Below, piece by piece: positions 9,490 to 20,185 of a stretch of DNA of 64,000 nt (within the stretch, counting starts at the first letter, position 1; each line of letters begins with the position of its first letter). This stretch comes from Candidatus Krumholzibacteriota bacterium (lineage in GTDB: Bacteria; Krumholzibacteriota; Krumholzibacteriia; JAJRXK01): positions 384,001 through 448,000 of the forward strand of contig CAVXTH010000006.1 in the NCBI GenBank assembly GCA_963764625.1. The letters are read 5' to 3'. The notes beneath the pieces are model-generated. The model was not told where the DNA came from, searched no databases, and saw nothing but the letters and a program-made list of their open reading frames with translations. The position numbers were made by a program, and so were the translations under genes.

Positions 9490-10410
9490 ATGGCCATTCG
9501 ACGGTGTCTCCCCACTCTGCTCGCCCTCGCCGCCCTTCTGGCATCCGTGGCCGCCAAGGCCGACGCCCCGAGCACGCGATTTTTCTTTGCCCCCCGTGAC
9601 GGGGAGGTGTGGATCGAAAAGCTGGTGGACATCCGGACCACGGACCCCGGTGGCGATGCCGCGCTGCAAACAGAACACACCACGGAAGTGGATACGCTTC
9701 TCTTCGCCAAGCAGGGAGAGGGGTGGCGGGTCACCCGCATCATGGGACCGGCCAGAATGGAGGTGAGCGGGCAGCCCTTCGACAATCCCATCCTGAAGAT
9801 TTCGCGTGGCACCCACATCGAGTTGAGCTGTGACGAAAATGGCGTGGCGCACGAGGTGAGAGGCTTCCGCCTTCTGTTGCGGAAGCTCGAGCGCTCGTTG
9901 AGTCCGGAGGTGTGGGCCAAGTATCAGAGTAGCGTCACGCTCCAGGGCGTCCAACGCTCCGAAATGCGCCGCTGGAACCTGCGGCGAGGAGGATTGATCG
10001 GGGCGGAAGCGCAGGATGGCGAAATCTGGAATTTCCAGAGTTTCTTTCCCTCGGCCATGGGTTACTTGGAAGTGCGCGGCACGATTCGCTTCGGCGGAAT
10101 GATCGACTTCGAAGGCCGGCAGGGCTACAAGCTCTTCCTCGATTTCGCCACCGGCAGCAAGGACCTCACCAGCAAGGATGCCACGAAGGAGGTCGATCTC
10201 AGGCCGGCCGGATACACCTTGAGCAACTCCGACGAGTACGGACTCGAGGGATCGACCGTCCGGGTGATCGATCCCACGACCGGGCACATGCTCTACGAGA
10301 ACACCAAGGTGAGTTGGAAGGTGCCCGAGATGCGCGGGGGGGAGAAGATGGTGGGAAAGACCCTGCAGATGACCTATCGGCTCGAGCCGCTTTCTCAGAG
10401 TTCCCCGTGA
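9490..10410 (+). CDS. Secreted hypothetical beta-rich protein
   Basis: Signal peptide MAIRRCLPTLLALAALLASVAAKA; alternating beta-strand pattern; family not recognised. Confidence 0.7.
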   Translation: MAIRRCLPTLLALAALLASVAAKADAPSTRFFFAPRDGEVWIEKLVDIRTTDPGGDAALQTEHTTEVDTLLFAKQGEGWRVTRIMGPARMEVSGQPFDNPILKISRGTHIELSCDENGVAHEVRGFRLLLRKLERSLSPEVWAKYQSSVTLQGVQRSEMRRWNLRRGGLIGAEAQDGEIWNFQSFFPSAMGYLEVRGTIRFGGMIDFEGRQGYKLFLDFATGSKDLTSKDATKEVDLRPAGYTLSNSDEYGLEGSTVRVIDPTTGHMLYENTKVSWKVPEMRGGEKMVGKTLQMTYRLEPLSQSSP

Positions 10411-10453
10411 ACGACTTCAAAGGTCCTCGCTCTTGGAGTAGGATCGATCCGCG

Positions 10454-11836
10454 ATGACTGAGCGTGTCTCCCCCGAATCGACGCAAAACGACTCGTTGGC
10501 TCTCTGCATGGCCCAACGTGACAACATGCGTGCGATCTTCGACAGCGTGGCCGACGGCATCTTCACCATCGACACCAGCCTCTACGTCACCAATGCCAAC
10601 GAATCGTTCCGGGAAATGGTGCGCTGCCCGTCGGAGTTGAAGACCTCCTGTGCCATCGCCGACCTCTTCCGCGTGGAGGGTGGCGCGCTCGAAGAACTCC
10701 TCGGGAGAACCCTCAAAGGAGAGAAAATCCGCCAGGAAGACGTCGAGATCCGGCCGGTAAAAGGTGGCACTCTGGTGGCGACTCTGCAGGCAGCGCCCCT
10801 CCATGACGAGGAAGGAAAGGTGGGGGGCGCGGTGGTTGTTCTACACGACGTGACCCGCATGCGTTCGCTCGAAGACGACCTGCGTCTGGCAAGTGGTCCC
10901 CAGGGCCTGGTGGGTAAAAACGTGCGGATGCTGGAGATCTACCAGCTCATCGAGCAACTCGCGGACAATGACGTGAGTGTTCTCATCACCGGTGAAAGCG
11001 GCACGGGAAAGGAGGTCGTCGCTTCGGCGATTCACGCGCGCAGCCATCGTCGCGAGCGGCCCTTCGTGCGCGTGAATTGCGCGGCCCTCAGTGAAACCCT
11101 GCTCGAGAGTGAACTCTTCGGGCACGTGCGTGGGGCCTTCACCGGGGCCATCCGGGACCGCAAGGGTCGCTTCGAGGTGGCGCATCGGGGGACCATCTTC
11201 CTGGATGAAGTCGGCGCGGTGAGTCTCGAGGTGCAAAAGAGGCTCTTGCGCGTGCTTCAGGAGCGTCAATTCGAACGGGTGGGAGAGGAGAACACGCAAG
11301 AGGTCGACGTGCGCGTCATCGCGGCCACGAACGCCGACTTGAAAGCGATGGTGGTGGAAGGCAGCTTCCGCGAGGACCTCTACTATCGATTGAACGTGGT
11401 GCACCTGCACATCCCTGCCTTGCGCGAACGACGTGAGGACATTCCCTCTCTGGCCGAGCACTTACTGAAGCGCCATGCGGATTCCATGGGCCGGGGCCGG
11501 ATGAGTTTCGATGCCGAGGCGCTTTCGCTTCTCATGGCCTTTCGGTGGGAGGGGAACGTACGGCAGCTTGAGAACGCGGTGCTGCGCGCGCTGGTGGTGT
11601 CCAGGGGACGGGTGATTCGCCCCCAGCATCTGCCGCCTGAGATCCTCAAGGCGGCCGGCGCGTCGCCGGCGGGAGGCGCCCCCCGTGACCCGAACGCCCT
11701 CTCGGCCTCCCAGGCCGAGCTGCTGCGCGCCCTGGCGGAGGCGGACGGAAACCTGGGACGCGCGGCCCGGAAGCTGGGGATCCACCGCACCACTCTGTGG
11801 CGCCGCCTGAAGAAGCACGGCCTCAGGCCCCGCTGA
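10454..11836 (+). CDS. PAS-domain sigma54-dependent activator (Fis-type HTH)
   Basis: N-terminal PAS (IFDSVADGIFTID), Walker A GESGTGKE, GAFTGA, FLDEVG, FREDLYYRL, WEGNVRQL, C-terminal AARKLGIHRTTLWRRL. Confidence 0.93.
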   Translation: MTERVSPESTQNDSLALCMAQRDNMRAIFDSVADGIFTIDTSLYVTNANESFREMVRCPSELKTSCAIADLFRVEGGALEELLGRTLKGEKIRQEDVEIRPVKGGTLVATLQAAPLHDEEGKVGGAVVVLHDVTRMRSLEDDLRLASGPQGLVGKNVRMLEIYQLIEQLADNDVSVLITGESGTGKEVVASAIHARSHRRERPFVRVNCAALSETLLESELFGHVRGAFTGAIRDRKGRFEVAHRGTIFLDEVGAVSLEVQKRLLRVLQERQFERVGEENTQEVDVRVIAATNADLKAMVVEGSFREDLYYRLNVVHLHIPALRERREDIPSLAEHLLKRHADSMGRGRMSFDAEALSLLMAFRWEGNVRQLENAVLRALVVSRGRVIRPQHLPPEILKAAGASPAGGAPRDPNALSASQAELLRALAEADGNLGRAARKLGIHRTTLWRRLKKHGLRPR

Positions 11837-11844
11837 TCCCGAAG

Positions 11845-11898
11845 AGTTGCAGGCGCGCAACAATGTTGCGGTTATGTTGCGCAACATAACGCAACATT
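11845..11898. promoter_or_regulatory. Upstream activating sequences built from GTTGC/GCAAC palindromes
   Basis: GTTGC-N6-GCAAC followed by the near-perfect 37-bp palindrome AATGTTGCGGTTATGTTGC|GCAACATAACGCAACATT, 100-160 bp upstream of a sigma54 promoter with an AT-rich spacer. Confidence 0.65.
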
Positions 11899-12001
11899 TT
11901 CTATTCGCTAAAGCTGAGTACTTTTTTTCTTCCAGCTGCTAAGTTTATTGACTCCAAATGATTAAACGGGGATTGCATTTTCCGTTCGCGCGGACCATGT
12001 T

Positions 12002-12017
12002 CGGTACGTTCATTGCG
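12002..12017 (+). promoter_or_regulatory. sigma54 (-24/-12) promoter of the MMPL operon
   Basis: CGGTACG-ttca-TTGCG matches the GG-N10-GC consensus, 34 nt before GTG 12051 (RBS AAGGA). Confidence 0.75.
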
Positions 12018-12050
12018 CTAGGCAGCGCAAACTCCCACAAAGGACCGGAC

Positions 12051-15000
12051 GTGAAAAATCCCCTGACCGAATTCGCCATCGCTCATCCCAAGTGGGTGGT
12101 CACGCTCAGTATCCTCATCACTCTGGGCTTCCTGGTGCAGTTTCCGCGCATCAAGATCGACACCGATCCCGAGAACATGCTGCCCGCGAACGAGCCGACG
12201 CGCGTCTTCCATCACGAACTCAAGGAGACTTTCAACCTGAACGATTTCCTGGTGCTGGGAATGGTGCGCGATGCCGGCATGTTCCATCCCGCGCCGCTGG
12301 CCAGGGTGGCCGCGATCACCTCGGAAATCCTGGATCTGGATGGAGTGGTGGCCGACGACGTGATGGCTCCCACCGAGGTCGACGACATCTCGATCGAGGA
12401 GGGGGGAATCCTCAGGGTGGCCCCGTTGATGGAAGAGGCCCCCGAGGATGAAGCCGGCGCCGCACGCATTCTCTCGCGCATCAAGGCGAGCGCGATCCTG
12501 CGAGGAAAACTCGCGAGCGATGATGGCACCACGATCGCGCTGTTCATTCCGATCGAGGACAAAACTCGCTCCTACGAGATCGGACAGGAAATCACCGAGA
12601 TCGTGAAACGCCATCAGGGCGACGAGAAGTACTATCTGGCGGGCCTTCCCATGGCGGAGGACACCTTCGGCTCGGCCATGTTCAAACAGATGGCGGTGTC
12701 GGCCCCGCTCGCCATGATCATCCTCTTTCTGCTCATGTTGTATTTCTTTCGCAACCTGCGGATGGTTCTCACCGCGATGGCGCTGGCCATGATGTCGGTG
12801 ATCTGGGGAATGGGCGCCCTCATCGGCACCGGAAATACGGTGCACATCATGAGCTCGATGATCCCAATCTTCCTCATCCCCATCGCCATCTTGCCTTCGA
12901 TTCACATTCTCACCGAGATGATCGATCACCGGGCCCGCGCCGTCACGGTGGGGGATGCCGTGCGGTCGGCGATGGGGCATCTGTTCAAACCCGTTCTGTT
13001 CACCACGATCACCACCGTGGTGGGCTTCGTGAGTCTCATGATGACTCCGATTCCTCCGGTACAGGTTTTCGGAGCGTTCGTCGGCTTCGGAATCGTGGGA
13101 GCCTGGGTGCTCTCCATGACCTTCCTGCCCGCGATGGTGATGCTGGAGACCCACCGGGGCACCGAGCCTCTGCACGAGCACGACGCCGAGTATTCAGCGC
13201 TGGCGCATTACCTGCAAAAAGTTCGGGCTCTGGCCATCAGGGGTCGCTGGGTCATCACCATTGCTTCGGTGGTCCTGTTCGCGTTGTCCATCTTTGGCTT
13301 GACCAAGGTCCAGGTGAACGACAACCCGGTTCGCTGGTTCAAGGCGGGACATCCTCTGCGGGTGGCGGACCGGGTTATGAACAAGCACCTGGCCGGCACC
13401 TATCTCGGCTACGTGGAATTGCAATCGAAAGACGACGGCCGGATGAAGGATCCCAAGGTCATGAAGTGGATCGAGGGATTCCAGCGGCATCTCGGGCAAC
13501 ACGAGAACGTGGGAGCGACGACCTCGGTGGCGGACGTGGTGAAGAAGGTGAATTTCGAGCTGGCCTTCGAGGACTCCTCCAAGCTCGTTCTGCCCGACGA
13601 TCGAAACGCCATCGCGCAATCCCTGTTCCTCTACGAGATGAGCGGAGGAAGTCCGGACGATCTCTACCACTTCATCACCCCTACCGCGAACGCGGCCAAC
13701 ATCTGGGTTCAGATGCGGGCCGGCGAGAACTCCGAGGTCTCGTCGGTGGTCGACTTCGCTGACGAGTACGTCGCCGCTCATCCGCTGCCCGAAGGGGTTT
13801 CAATGGGGTGGGGAGGACTGGCCTACGTGAATATCGTGTGGCAGGAGAAGATGGTGGCCGGTATGGCCAAGGCGCTCTTTGGATCGTTCGTCGTGGTGTT
13901 CCTCATGATGACCTTCCTCTTCCGCTCGTTTCTCTGGGGAGTCGTTTCCATGCTTCCCCTCACCGGCACCATCGCGCTCATCTACGGCATGCTCGGTTTC
14001 ACCGGGAAGTACTACGACATGCCGGTGGCGGTGCTGTCCTCACTCACCCTAGGGCTCTCGATCGACTTCGCAATCCACTTCATTCAGCGAAGCCGGGAGC
14101 TTCACAAGACCACCCAAGATTTCCAGGAGACGATGAGAATGACTTTCGATTCGACCGGACGGGCAATTTTCCGGAACGTTCTGGTGCTTGCCATCGGGTT
14201 CGTACCCATGTTTTTCGCCTCTCTTACTCCGTACTTCACGGTGGGGTTGTTCTTCTTCCTCATCATGACGATCAGCGGCGCGGTGACCTTGCTGCTCTTG
14301 CCGGCCATCACCGCCCTTCGTCCCGAGATCTTCTACCGCAACACACAAGGGGCCCCCTCCGGAAAGCTGGCGATGCTCGCGGTGGGCCTGAGCAGCCTGG
14401 CCCTCGCGGGTTCGATCGGCGTCTCGAGCGCGAGAGCGCAGAGTGTCGACGCGGCGAAGATCATGGAGAAGAGCCATATCGCGTACTACTACGCGGGTGA
14501 CGACGGACGCAGCCTGGTCAAGATGACTCTGGTGGACAAGAAGGGAAAAGAGCGGATTCGCGAATTCACCATGTTGCGACTCGACGTGAAGGACGGCGGC
14601 GAGCAGCGCTACTACACCTATTTCTCGAAGCCGGCCGACGTGCGTCGCACCACCTTCATGGTCATCAAGCACGTGCCGGGAGATGACGACCGATGGATCT
14701 ACATTCCCGCGCTCGACCTGGTGCGCCGCCTCTCCGCCAACGACAAGAACTCCTCCTTCGTGGGCAGCGATTTCACCTATGAGGACGTATCGGGACGCCA
14801 CTGGACCGACGACGATCACACTTTCGTGCGCGAGGACGAGCTGAATGGGCACAAGGTGTGGGTGATCGACAGTATTCCCAAGGACAAGTCGGATTGGGTG
14901 AAGAAGACCTCGTACATCGATCAAGCGACCTACTTGCCGCTCAAGGAAGAATACTTCGACGACAAGGGCGAGGCCTTCCGTGAATTCACCGCCGACAAGA

Positions 15001-15170
15001 TCGAGGATATCCAGGGCATTCCGACCGTCACGGTGCGCACCATGAAGAACCTGAAGAAGAATCAGCACACGACGGTGGAGTTCATGAAGATCGAGTATGA
15101 CTTGGGTATTCCCCAGGACATTTTCCAGGAACGTTACTTGAAGAACCCTCCGCGCGAATACCTCGACTGA
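12051..15170 (+). CDS. MMPL/RND-family transporter fused to a C-terminal LolA-like (outer-membrane lipoprotein-sorting) domain
   Basis: Two MMPL repeats (IDTDPENMLP, TTITTVVGFVSL, GLSIDFAIHF, TGRAI), then signal-like ...GVSSARA-Q and motifs PADVRRTTF, DDRWIYIPAL..VRRL, SFVGSDFTYED; single open frame. Confidence 0.88.
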   Translation: MKNPLTEFAIAHPKWVVTLSILITLGFLVQFPRIKIDTDPENMLPANEPTRVFHHELKETFNLNDFLVLGMVRDAGMFHPAPLARVAAITSEILDLDGVVADDVMAPTEVDDISIEEGGILRVAPLMEEAPEDEAGAARILSRIKASAILRGKLASDDGTTIALFIPIEDKTRSYEIGQEITEIVKRHQGDEKYYLAGLPMAEDTFGSAMFKQMAVSAPLAMIILFLLMLYFFRNLRMVLTAMALAMMSVIWGMGALIGTGNTVHIMSSMIPIFLIPIAILPSIHILTEMIDHRARAVTVGDAVRSAMGHLFKPVLFTTITTVVGFVSLMMTPIPPVQVFGAFVGFGIVGAWVLSMTFLPAMVMLETHRGTEPLHEHDAEYSALAHYLQKVRALAIRGRWVITIASVVLFALSIFGLTKVQVNDNPVRWFKAGHPLRVADRVMNKHLAGTYLGYVELQSKDDGRMKDPKVMKWIEGFQRHLGQHENVGATTSVADVVKKVNFELAFEDSSKLVLPDDRNAIAQSLFLYEMSGGSPDDLYHFITPTANAANIWVQMRAGENSEVSSVVDFADEYVAAHPLPEGVSMGWGGLAYVNIVWQEKMVAGMAKALFGSFVVVFLMMTFLFRSFLWGVVSMLPLTGTIALIYGMLGFTGKYYDMPVAVLSSLTLGLSIDFAIHFIQRSRELHKTTQDFQETMRMTFDSTGRAIFRNVLVLAIGFVPMFFASLTPYFTVGLFFFLIMTISGAVTLLLLPAITALRPEIFYRNTQGAPSGKLAMLAVGLSSLALAGSIGVSSARAQSVDAAKIMEKSHIAYYYAGDDGRSLVKMTLVDKKGKERIREFTMLRLDVKDGGEQRYYTYFSKPADVRRTTFMVIKHVPGDDDRWIYIPALDLVRRLSANDKNSSFVGSDFTYEDVSGRHWTDDDHTFVREDELNGHKVWVIDSIPKDKSDWVKKTSYIDQATYLPLKEEYFDDKGEAFREFTADKIEDIQGIPTVTVRTMKNLKKNQHTTVEFMKIEYDLGIPQDIFQERYLKNPPREYLD

Positions 15171-15204
15171 GAACGGGTCTGGACTCCAAAGGGGAAGAGA
15201 AACG

Positions 15205-16455
15205 ATGTTCGGCAAGATCAAATTGTGGATCAGCTTGGGAGCGATCGTCGCCCTGGCCGGCACCGGCACGCCAGCGCGCGCCCAGGAACTCCACGGCTTC
15301 GTGGAAGCCCTCACGGGGGCGCGGAGTGCGGAAGGGGGAGGAGCAAAGGCGGGCGACTACACCGCGGAGGAAACCCGCGTCCAGCTGCGAGTCAGCGACT
15401 ATGGCGACGATGCGGAGTACTTTGCCCGCATGGACTTTCGCTTCGACCAACTCAGCGAGAAGAACTCCGATCTCGAAGTTCGCGAGGCCTACATGGTGTA
15501 TACCGGTTGGGGAAGCCTCGATTTCAAGATTGGCCGGCAGATCTTGACCTGGGGGACGGGAGACCTTCTCTTCATCAATGACGTGTTCGCGAAGGACTGG
15601 GAGAGCTTCTTCATCGGACGCGAGGATCAGTACTTGAAGGCACCGCACGATGCGCTTCGCGTGGGTTTCTATCCGTCGTTCGTGAACTTCAATTTGGTCC
15701 TCATTCCCAAGTTCGAAGCCGATCGACTGCCGAGCTCCCCACGGCTCTCGGGTTATGATCCCTTCGGGGGGCTTCAGCAGAGCTTGGAGATGCCGGCCAA
15801 CGATCTGGGCAACGGGGAGATCGCCCTTCGTGCCTACCGCACGATCTCCGGCTGGGATCTCGCCCTCTATGGGCACTGGGGCCGCTTCCGTCAACCGCTG
15901 GGAGTCGCCGGCATGGATAGTGCGAGCGTGACGCTCTTCTATCCGCGCTTTAACACCTACGGAGCGAGCGCCCGGAGCAATCTCTTCGGTGGCGTCGTGA
16001 ATCTGGAGGGCGGCTACCTCTACAGCGTGGACGATCACGATGGAACGAATCCGCTGGTGGAGAATTCGTCGATCCGCTGGATGGGCGGCTACGACCGTCA
16101 ACTCGCCAGCGATACCCAACTGGGCCTGCAAGCCTATTACGAGTACATGGTCGATCACGCGCAGTACATAGAGCAGCTTGCACCTGGTCAGCCGGTTCGA
16201 GACGAGTTGCGTCAGCTCTACACCGTGCGCATCACGCAGATGTACCAGTACCAGACCCTCGTCTTTTCCCTCTTCGGCTTCTGGTCGCCGACGGACGAGG
16301 ACTATTACCTGCGCTTCAATGCGACCAAGAAATTCACCGATGCTCTGGCTCTGGCTTTGGGAGCCAACGTGTTCGGCGGAAAGAACGACTGGACACTCTT
16401 TGGTTCACAGGAATACAACGACAACGTCTACCTGAGAGCCCGCTACTCTTTCTGA
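15205..16455 (+). CDS. Outer-membrane beta-barrel protein (DUF1302-like, MMPL-associated)
   Basis: Signal peptide, VREAY, KIGRQILTWGTGD, C-terminal VYLRARYSF with terminal Phe. Confidence 0.82.
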   Translation: MFGKIKLWISLGAIVALAGTGTPARAQELHGFVEALTGARSAEGGGAKAGDYTAEETRVQLRVSDYGDDAEYFARMDFRFDQLSEKNSDLEVREAYMVYTGWGSLDFKIGRQILTWGTGDLLFINDVFAKDWESFFIGREDQYLKAPHDALRVGFYPSFVNFNLVLIPKFEADRLPSSPRLSGYDPFGGLQQSLEMPANDLGNGEIALRAYRTISGWDLALYGHWGRFRQPLGVAGMDSASVTLFYPRFNTYGASARSNLFGGVVNLEGGYLYSVDDHDGTNPLVENSSIRWMGGYDRQLASDTQLGLQAYYEYMVDHAQYIEQLAPGQPVRDELRQLYTVRITQMYQYQTLVFSLFGFWSPTDEDYYLRFNATKKFTDALALALGANVFGGKNDWTLFGSQEYNDNVYLRARYSF

Positions 16456-16474
16456 GCTTCGTGGAGGAAACGCC

Positions 16475-16702
16475 GTGCAAGATCACGATATGAGAATTCA
16501 AAACCTGATTCGCCGGTTCGCGGGGAGTTTCGTTCTCGTCAGCCTCGCACTGGGCTACTGGGTGCATCCCGCCTGGTTTCTCTTCACCGCGTTCGTGGGA
16601 GTGAATCTCCTCCAGAGCAGTTTCACCAAATGGTGTCTGCTGGAGAAGATTCTATATCGGGTGCTTTCCGCCGCGCCGGGCGCCCGGACGGCGCACTCGT
16701 AA
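16475..16702 (+). CDS. DUF2892 / YgaP-like small membrane protein
   Basis: IRRFAGSFVL...FVGVNLLQSSFTKWCL signature; RBS GGAGG. Confidence 0.82.
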   Translation: MQDHDMRIQNLIRRFAGSFVLVSLALGYWVHPAWFLFTAFVGVNLLQSSFTKWCLLEKILYRVLSAAPGARTAHS

Positions 16703-16812
16703 GCCCTGCTTAGGGGGTGACCTCACCCATTGCGACTCACGCAGGGTCTTCTTGCCACCTAGGGAGGACCTCGCTAGGCTGGGGCCTCAGACTCCAACCA
16801 CCGAGGTTCTCC

Positions 16813-18946
16813 GTGCGTTCTCCATTCCGTCTTCTCCTCGTGTTGTCCTGCCTGCTCGGTTCTCTGAGCGCCTTGCCGGCGCATGCCGGCAATTTTCGAT
16901 TCGCCCATCACGATCTACAGGCCGCATTGAGCATCGGGGATCACGGACTGCGGGTCAGCGACCGGATCACGGTGGAAAGCGGACCCAACCGGCAAGCTCC
17001 TCTGCGCTTTCTTCTGCACCGAGGGTTGACTCTGAGCCGAGCTCGTCTCGACTCCGAGGAACTGCAGAGCGGGGTGAGGGATGGATTCAACCCCCGCCAT
17101 TTCTGGCGGAGGCCGCCCTACGATCGGCTGGAGGATTACGAGATCGCACGGGAATGGACGCTGACCGCGCCCGAGGGGGGATGGCCGGCCAAATTTTCCG
17201 TGGACCTCGAGTACTCCGGGGCCGTGTTCGACAGTCTGCACGCTCCCAAAGTCGCCTACCAACGCTCCTTCGAAACCACCACCGGGCTCATCACGCAACG
17301 AGGCGCGTTTCTCTCCGGCGCCACCTTTTGGTTGCCGTGGTGCACAGACGACACCTTCACCTACGACCTTATCATCACTACTCCCGCCGACTGGGAAAGC
17401 ATCAGCCAGGGACGACGCGCGCACCGCGAGGTCGATGGACAGGGGAGGATCCACACCGAGTGGGTCGACGAGCACCCCATGACCGAAGCTTATCTCGTCG
17501 CCGGCCCCTATCAGATCCGCGCAAATGAGCACGGGAAAGTCGCTCTCTACACCTTCACCTACGCCAATACCGATTCCATGCTCTGTCAGACCTATCTCGA
17601 TGCGGCTGGCGGCTATCTCGATCTCTACGAGCAAATGATCGGCCCCTATCCCTTTGCGAAGTTCGCTCTGGTCGAGAACTGGTGGCAGACCGGATTCGGG
17701 ATGCCCTCGTTCACTCTGCTGGGAGACCGCGTGATCCGTTTGCCGTTCATCGTCCACACCTCTTACGGTCACGAGATTCTGCACAATTGGTGGGGCAACG
17801 GCGTCTTCGTCGACTACGACCAGGGCAACTGGTGCGAGGGATTGACCACTTACCTGGCGGATCACCTCTACAAGACGAAGGAGAGCCCGCAGGCGGCCGT
17901 CGACTACCGGCGCGCACAACTCCAGGGCTATCTCGACTACGCGGTGTCGGGAGCCCGGGATTTTCCCTTGCGCGAGTTCACCGAACGAGAGAGCGCCAGT
18001 ACCCAAGCCGTCGGGTACGGGAAGACGATGATGGTGTTTCACATGGCGCAGCTTCGAGCCGGGGATGACGGCTTTTTCGCGGCCTTGCGGCTTTTCTATC
18101 AGAAGTACCTCTTCAAGGAAGCGAGCTGGGACGATCTCATCGCTTGCTTCACCGCAAGCAGCGATTTGGAGTGGAAAGATTGGTTCGAGCAGTGGATCGG
18201 CCGCCCCGGCGCGCTTCAACTCTCCGCCTCATTGCGGAACGCAAAGGGTGGCTCCCCGCAGCTGGTGTTGCAGCAGGCCGAGCCCTACTACGAGGTGACG
18301 GTCCCGGTGCGGGTGGAGAGCGATACCGGCACCAGCGTGCATCTGGTTCCACTGCACGGCGCCGAGGCCACCATGGAACTCGGTGCTTCGGCCCGGATCA
18401 TCGAGATCGATCCGGATTGCGATCTCTTCCGCCGTTTGAAGAGGGCGGAGATTCCACCGGCGCTGAGTCAGACTCTTGGCGCCGAGAAGACCGTCGTGGT
18501 GATCGGAAGTGATACCAGTAAGGCAATGGCGGCCGCCCTGCGTGCGGTAGCCGAGGACTGGGCCAAGAATCAGGATATGCTCGTGGTCGCCGAGACTGAG
18601 TTTCACGACGATCCCGCGCGCAGCGTTTGGCTATTGGGTGACGGTCCGCTCGCCCGACGGACCCTGGCCGATTCACACGCCTACGGTGATCAGCCCTCCA
18701 AGCTGTGGAAGAAAGCCCAGAGCGAGGGTCGGAAGCCTGGTCCTGACTCTGCGAGATCCCAAGAACGAAGCGCGTTCCTGGTCACTCTTCCTCGCCGCGA
18801 GTCCGGACTTCACCACGGCGGTGGGAGCGAAACTGACACACTACGGTCGCTACAGTTACCTCGAATTCGAGGGGGAGAAGAACGTGGAGAAGGGTAGCTT
18901 CAAAGTGGAGACCTCCCCTCTGCGCTTGGTAAGGGAGGTCGAGTAA
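16813..18946 (+). CDS. Secreted M1-family aminopeptidase, frameshifted near 18728
   Basis: GFGMPSFTLLG and HEILHNWWGN...EGLTTY zinc motif; expected C-terminus (KLTHYGRYSYLEF...SPL) is in the alternate frame ending at 18946; start approximate. Confidence 0.82.
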
Positions 18947-20172
18947 TGCGTGCGATTTCAGGATCGAGGGTCTCTGTGGCGACGGCTTTGCTGCTCCTCC
19001 TTGCTCTCGCGCCGCGCGCGGGACACAGCAAGGACGCGAAGGAGGAAGATCTCTCCGCGATCACGCAAGATCTGTCGACTCTCTGCTCCGACTCGTTCGC
19101 GGGACGAGGTCTGGGAAGCAAGGGCTTGCAACTGGCGACCGAGTATCTCGAGGGTCGTCTGAAGGAGCTGGGGGTGAAGCCGGCCTTCGGTAGCTCGTAC
19201 CGCCAGGAATTCACCGCGCCCTCCTCCGAGACCGTCATCAATCTCGTGGGTCGCATTGGCACTCCCGAGAACGCGCACCACGTCATCGTGGGCGCCCATT
19301 ACGATCACCTCGGCCTGGATGAGAACGGGAAGATCTATCACGGGGCCGACGACAACGCCTCGGGGGTGAGCACCGTTCTCGAACTGGCCCGCATTCTGAA
19401 GGACGATCCGCCCGGCGGAGAAGTCCTGCTGATTTTCTTTTCGGGTGAGGAGGAGGGATTGTTGGGAAGCCGTTATTATGCCGCGCATCCGGCGGCGCCG
19501 TTGAACGAGTGCACCGCGATGGTGAATCTGGACACCGTGGGGCGCTTGAGCTGCGGTGGACTGACCATCTTCGGAACGAATACCGCGCAGCAGTGGAGCT
19601 CGATCCTGGGCGGCGTGGACTACGGCTTCCACCTGAAGCCGGCCCTGCCCAAGGACGATCCCGGAGGAAGCGACCAGGTTTCGTTCGTGGACAAGGGAGT
19701 CCCGGCGATCCAGCTCTTCACCGGGGCGAATGCCGACTACCATCGCATCGGCGACACCCTCGACAAAGTCGACGGTCAGGGCATCGCCACTCTCGGAGCA
19801 TTCACCGCCGAGCTGGTGCTCTTTCTCGCCGACGAATCCCACGGCCTGAGCTTCATGCCTCCTGGCGTCGAGCACGCGCCTACGCCGGTGGACACCTCGA
19901 CGCGGCGCCGCGTGAGCGTGGGCACGATTCCCGACTTCAATCATAGCGGCGGGGGAGTATTGATCGCGGGCGTCATCCCCGGGTCTCCCGCGGAGAAGGT
20001 GGGGCTGAGGAAGGGCGATCTCCTGGTCGAAGTCGATGGGGCGGCGGTCAACAATCTGGCCGAGTATGCCGCGGTGCTCAAGGAGCACGCGCCGGGCGAT
20101 ATCATTCCCCTCGTCTTCGTCAGAGATTCGAAACGAATTACAGTGAACGTCACTCTGGCGGAACGACACTAG
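18946..20172 (+). CDS. M28-family peptidase with C-terminal PDZ domain
   Basis: GAHYDHLG, GADDNASG, GEEEGLLGS, NLDTVGR, SDQ, DYH, then VGTIPDF...GSPAEKVGL; TAATG coupling to the M1 gene. Confidence 0.9.
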   Translation: MRAISGSRVSVATALLLLLALAPRAGHSKDAKEEDLSAITQDLSTLCSDSFAGRGLGSKGLQLATEYLEGRLKELGVKPAFGSSYRQEFTAPSSETVINLVGRIGTPENAHHVIVGAHYDHLGLDENGKIYHGADDNASGVSTVLELARILKDDPPGGEVLLIFFSGEEEGLLGSRYYAAHPAAPLNECTAMVNLDTVGRLSCGGLTIFGTNTAQQWSSILGGVDYGFHLKPALPKDDPGGSDQVSFVDKGVPAIQLFTGANADYHRIGDTLDKVDGQGIATLGAFTAELVLFLADESHGLSFMPPGVEHAPTPVDTSTRRRVSVGTIPDFNHSGGGVLIAGVIPGSPAEKVGLRKGDLLVEVDGAAVNNLAEYAAVLKEHAPGDIIPLVFVRDSKRITVNVTLAERH

Positions 20173-20185
20173 CCGACGCGAGCGC

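Noticed and set aside
11845-11898. CRISPR repeat or transposon end
   Set aside because: No spacers, further copies, cas genes or transposase. Its position fits an activator-binding enhancer.
11958-12050. Longer MMPL start at ATG 11958
   Set aside because: It lies upstream of the sigma54 promoter, whereas GTG 12051 has an RBS.
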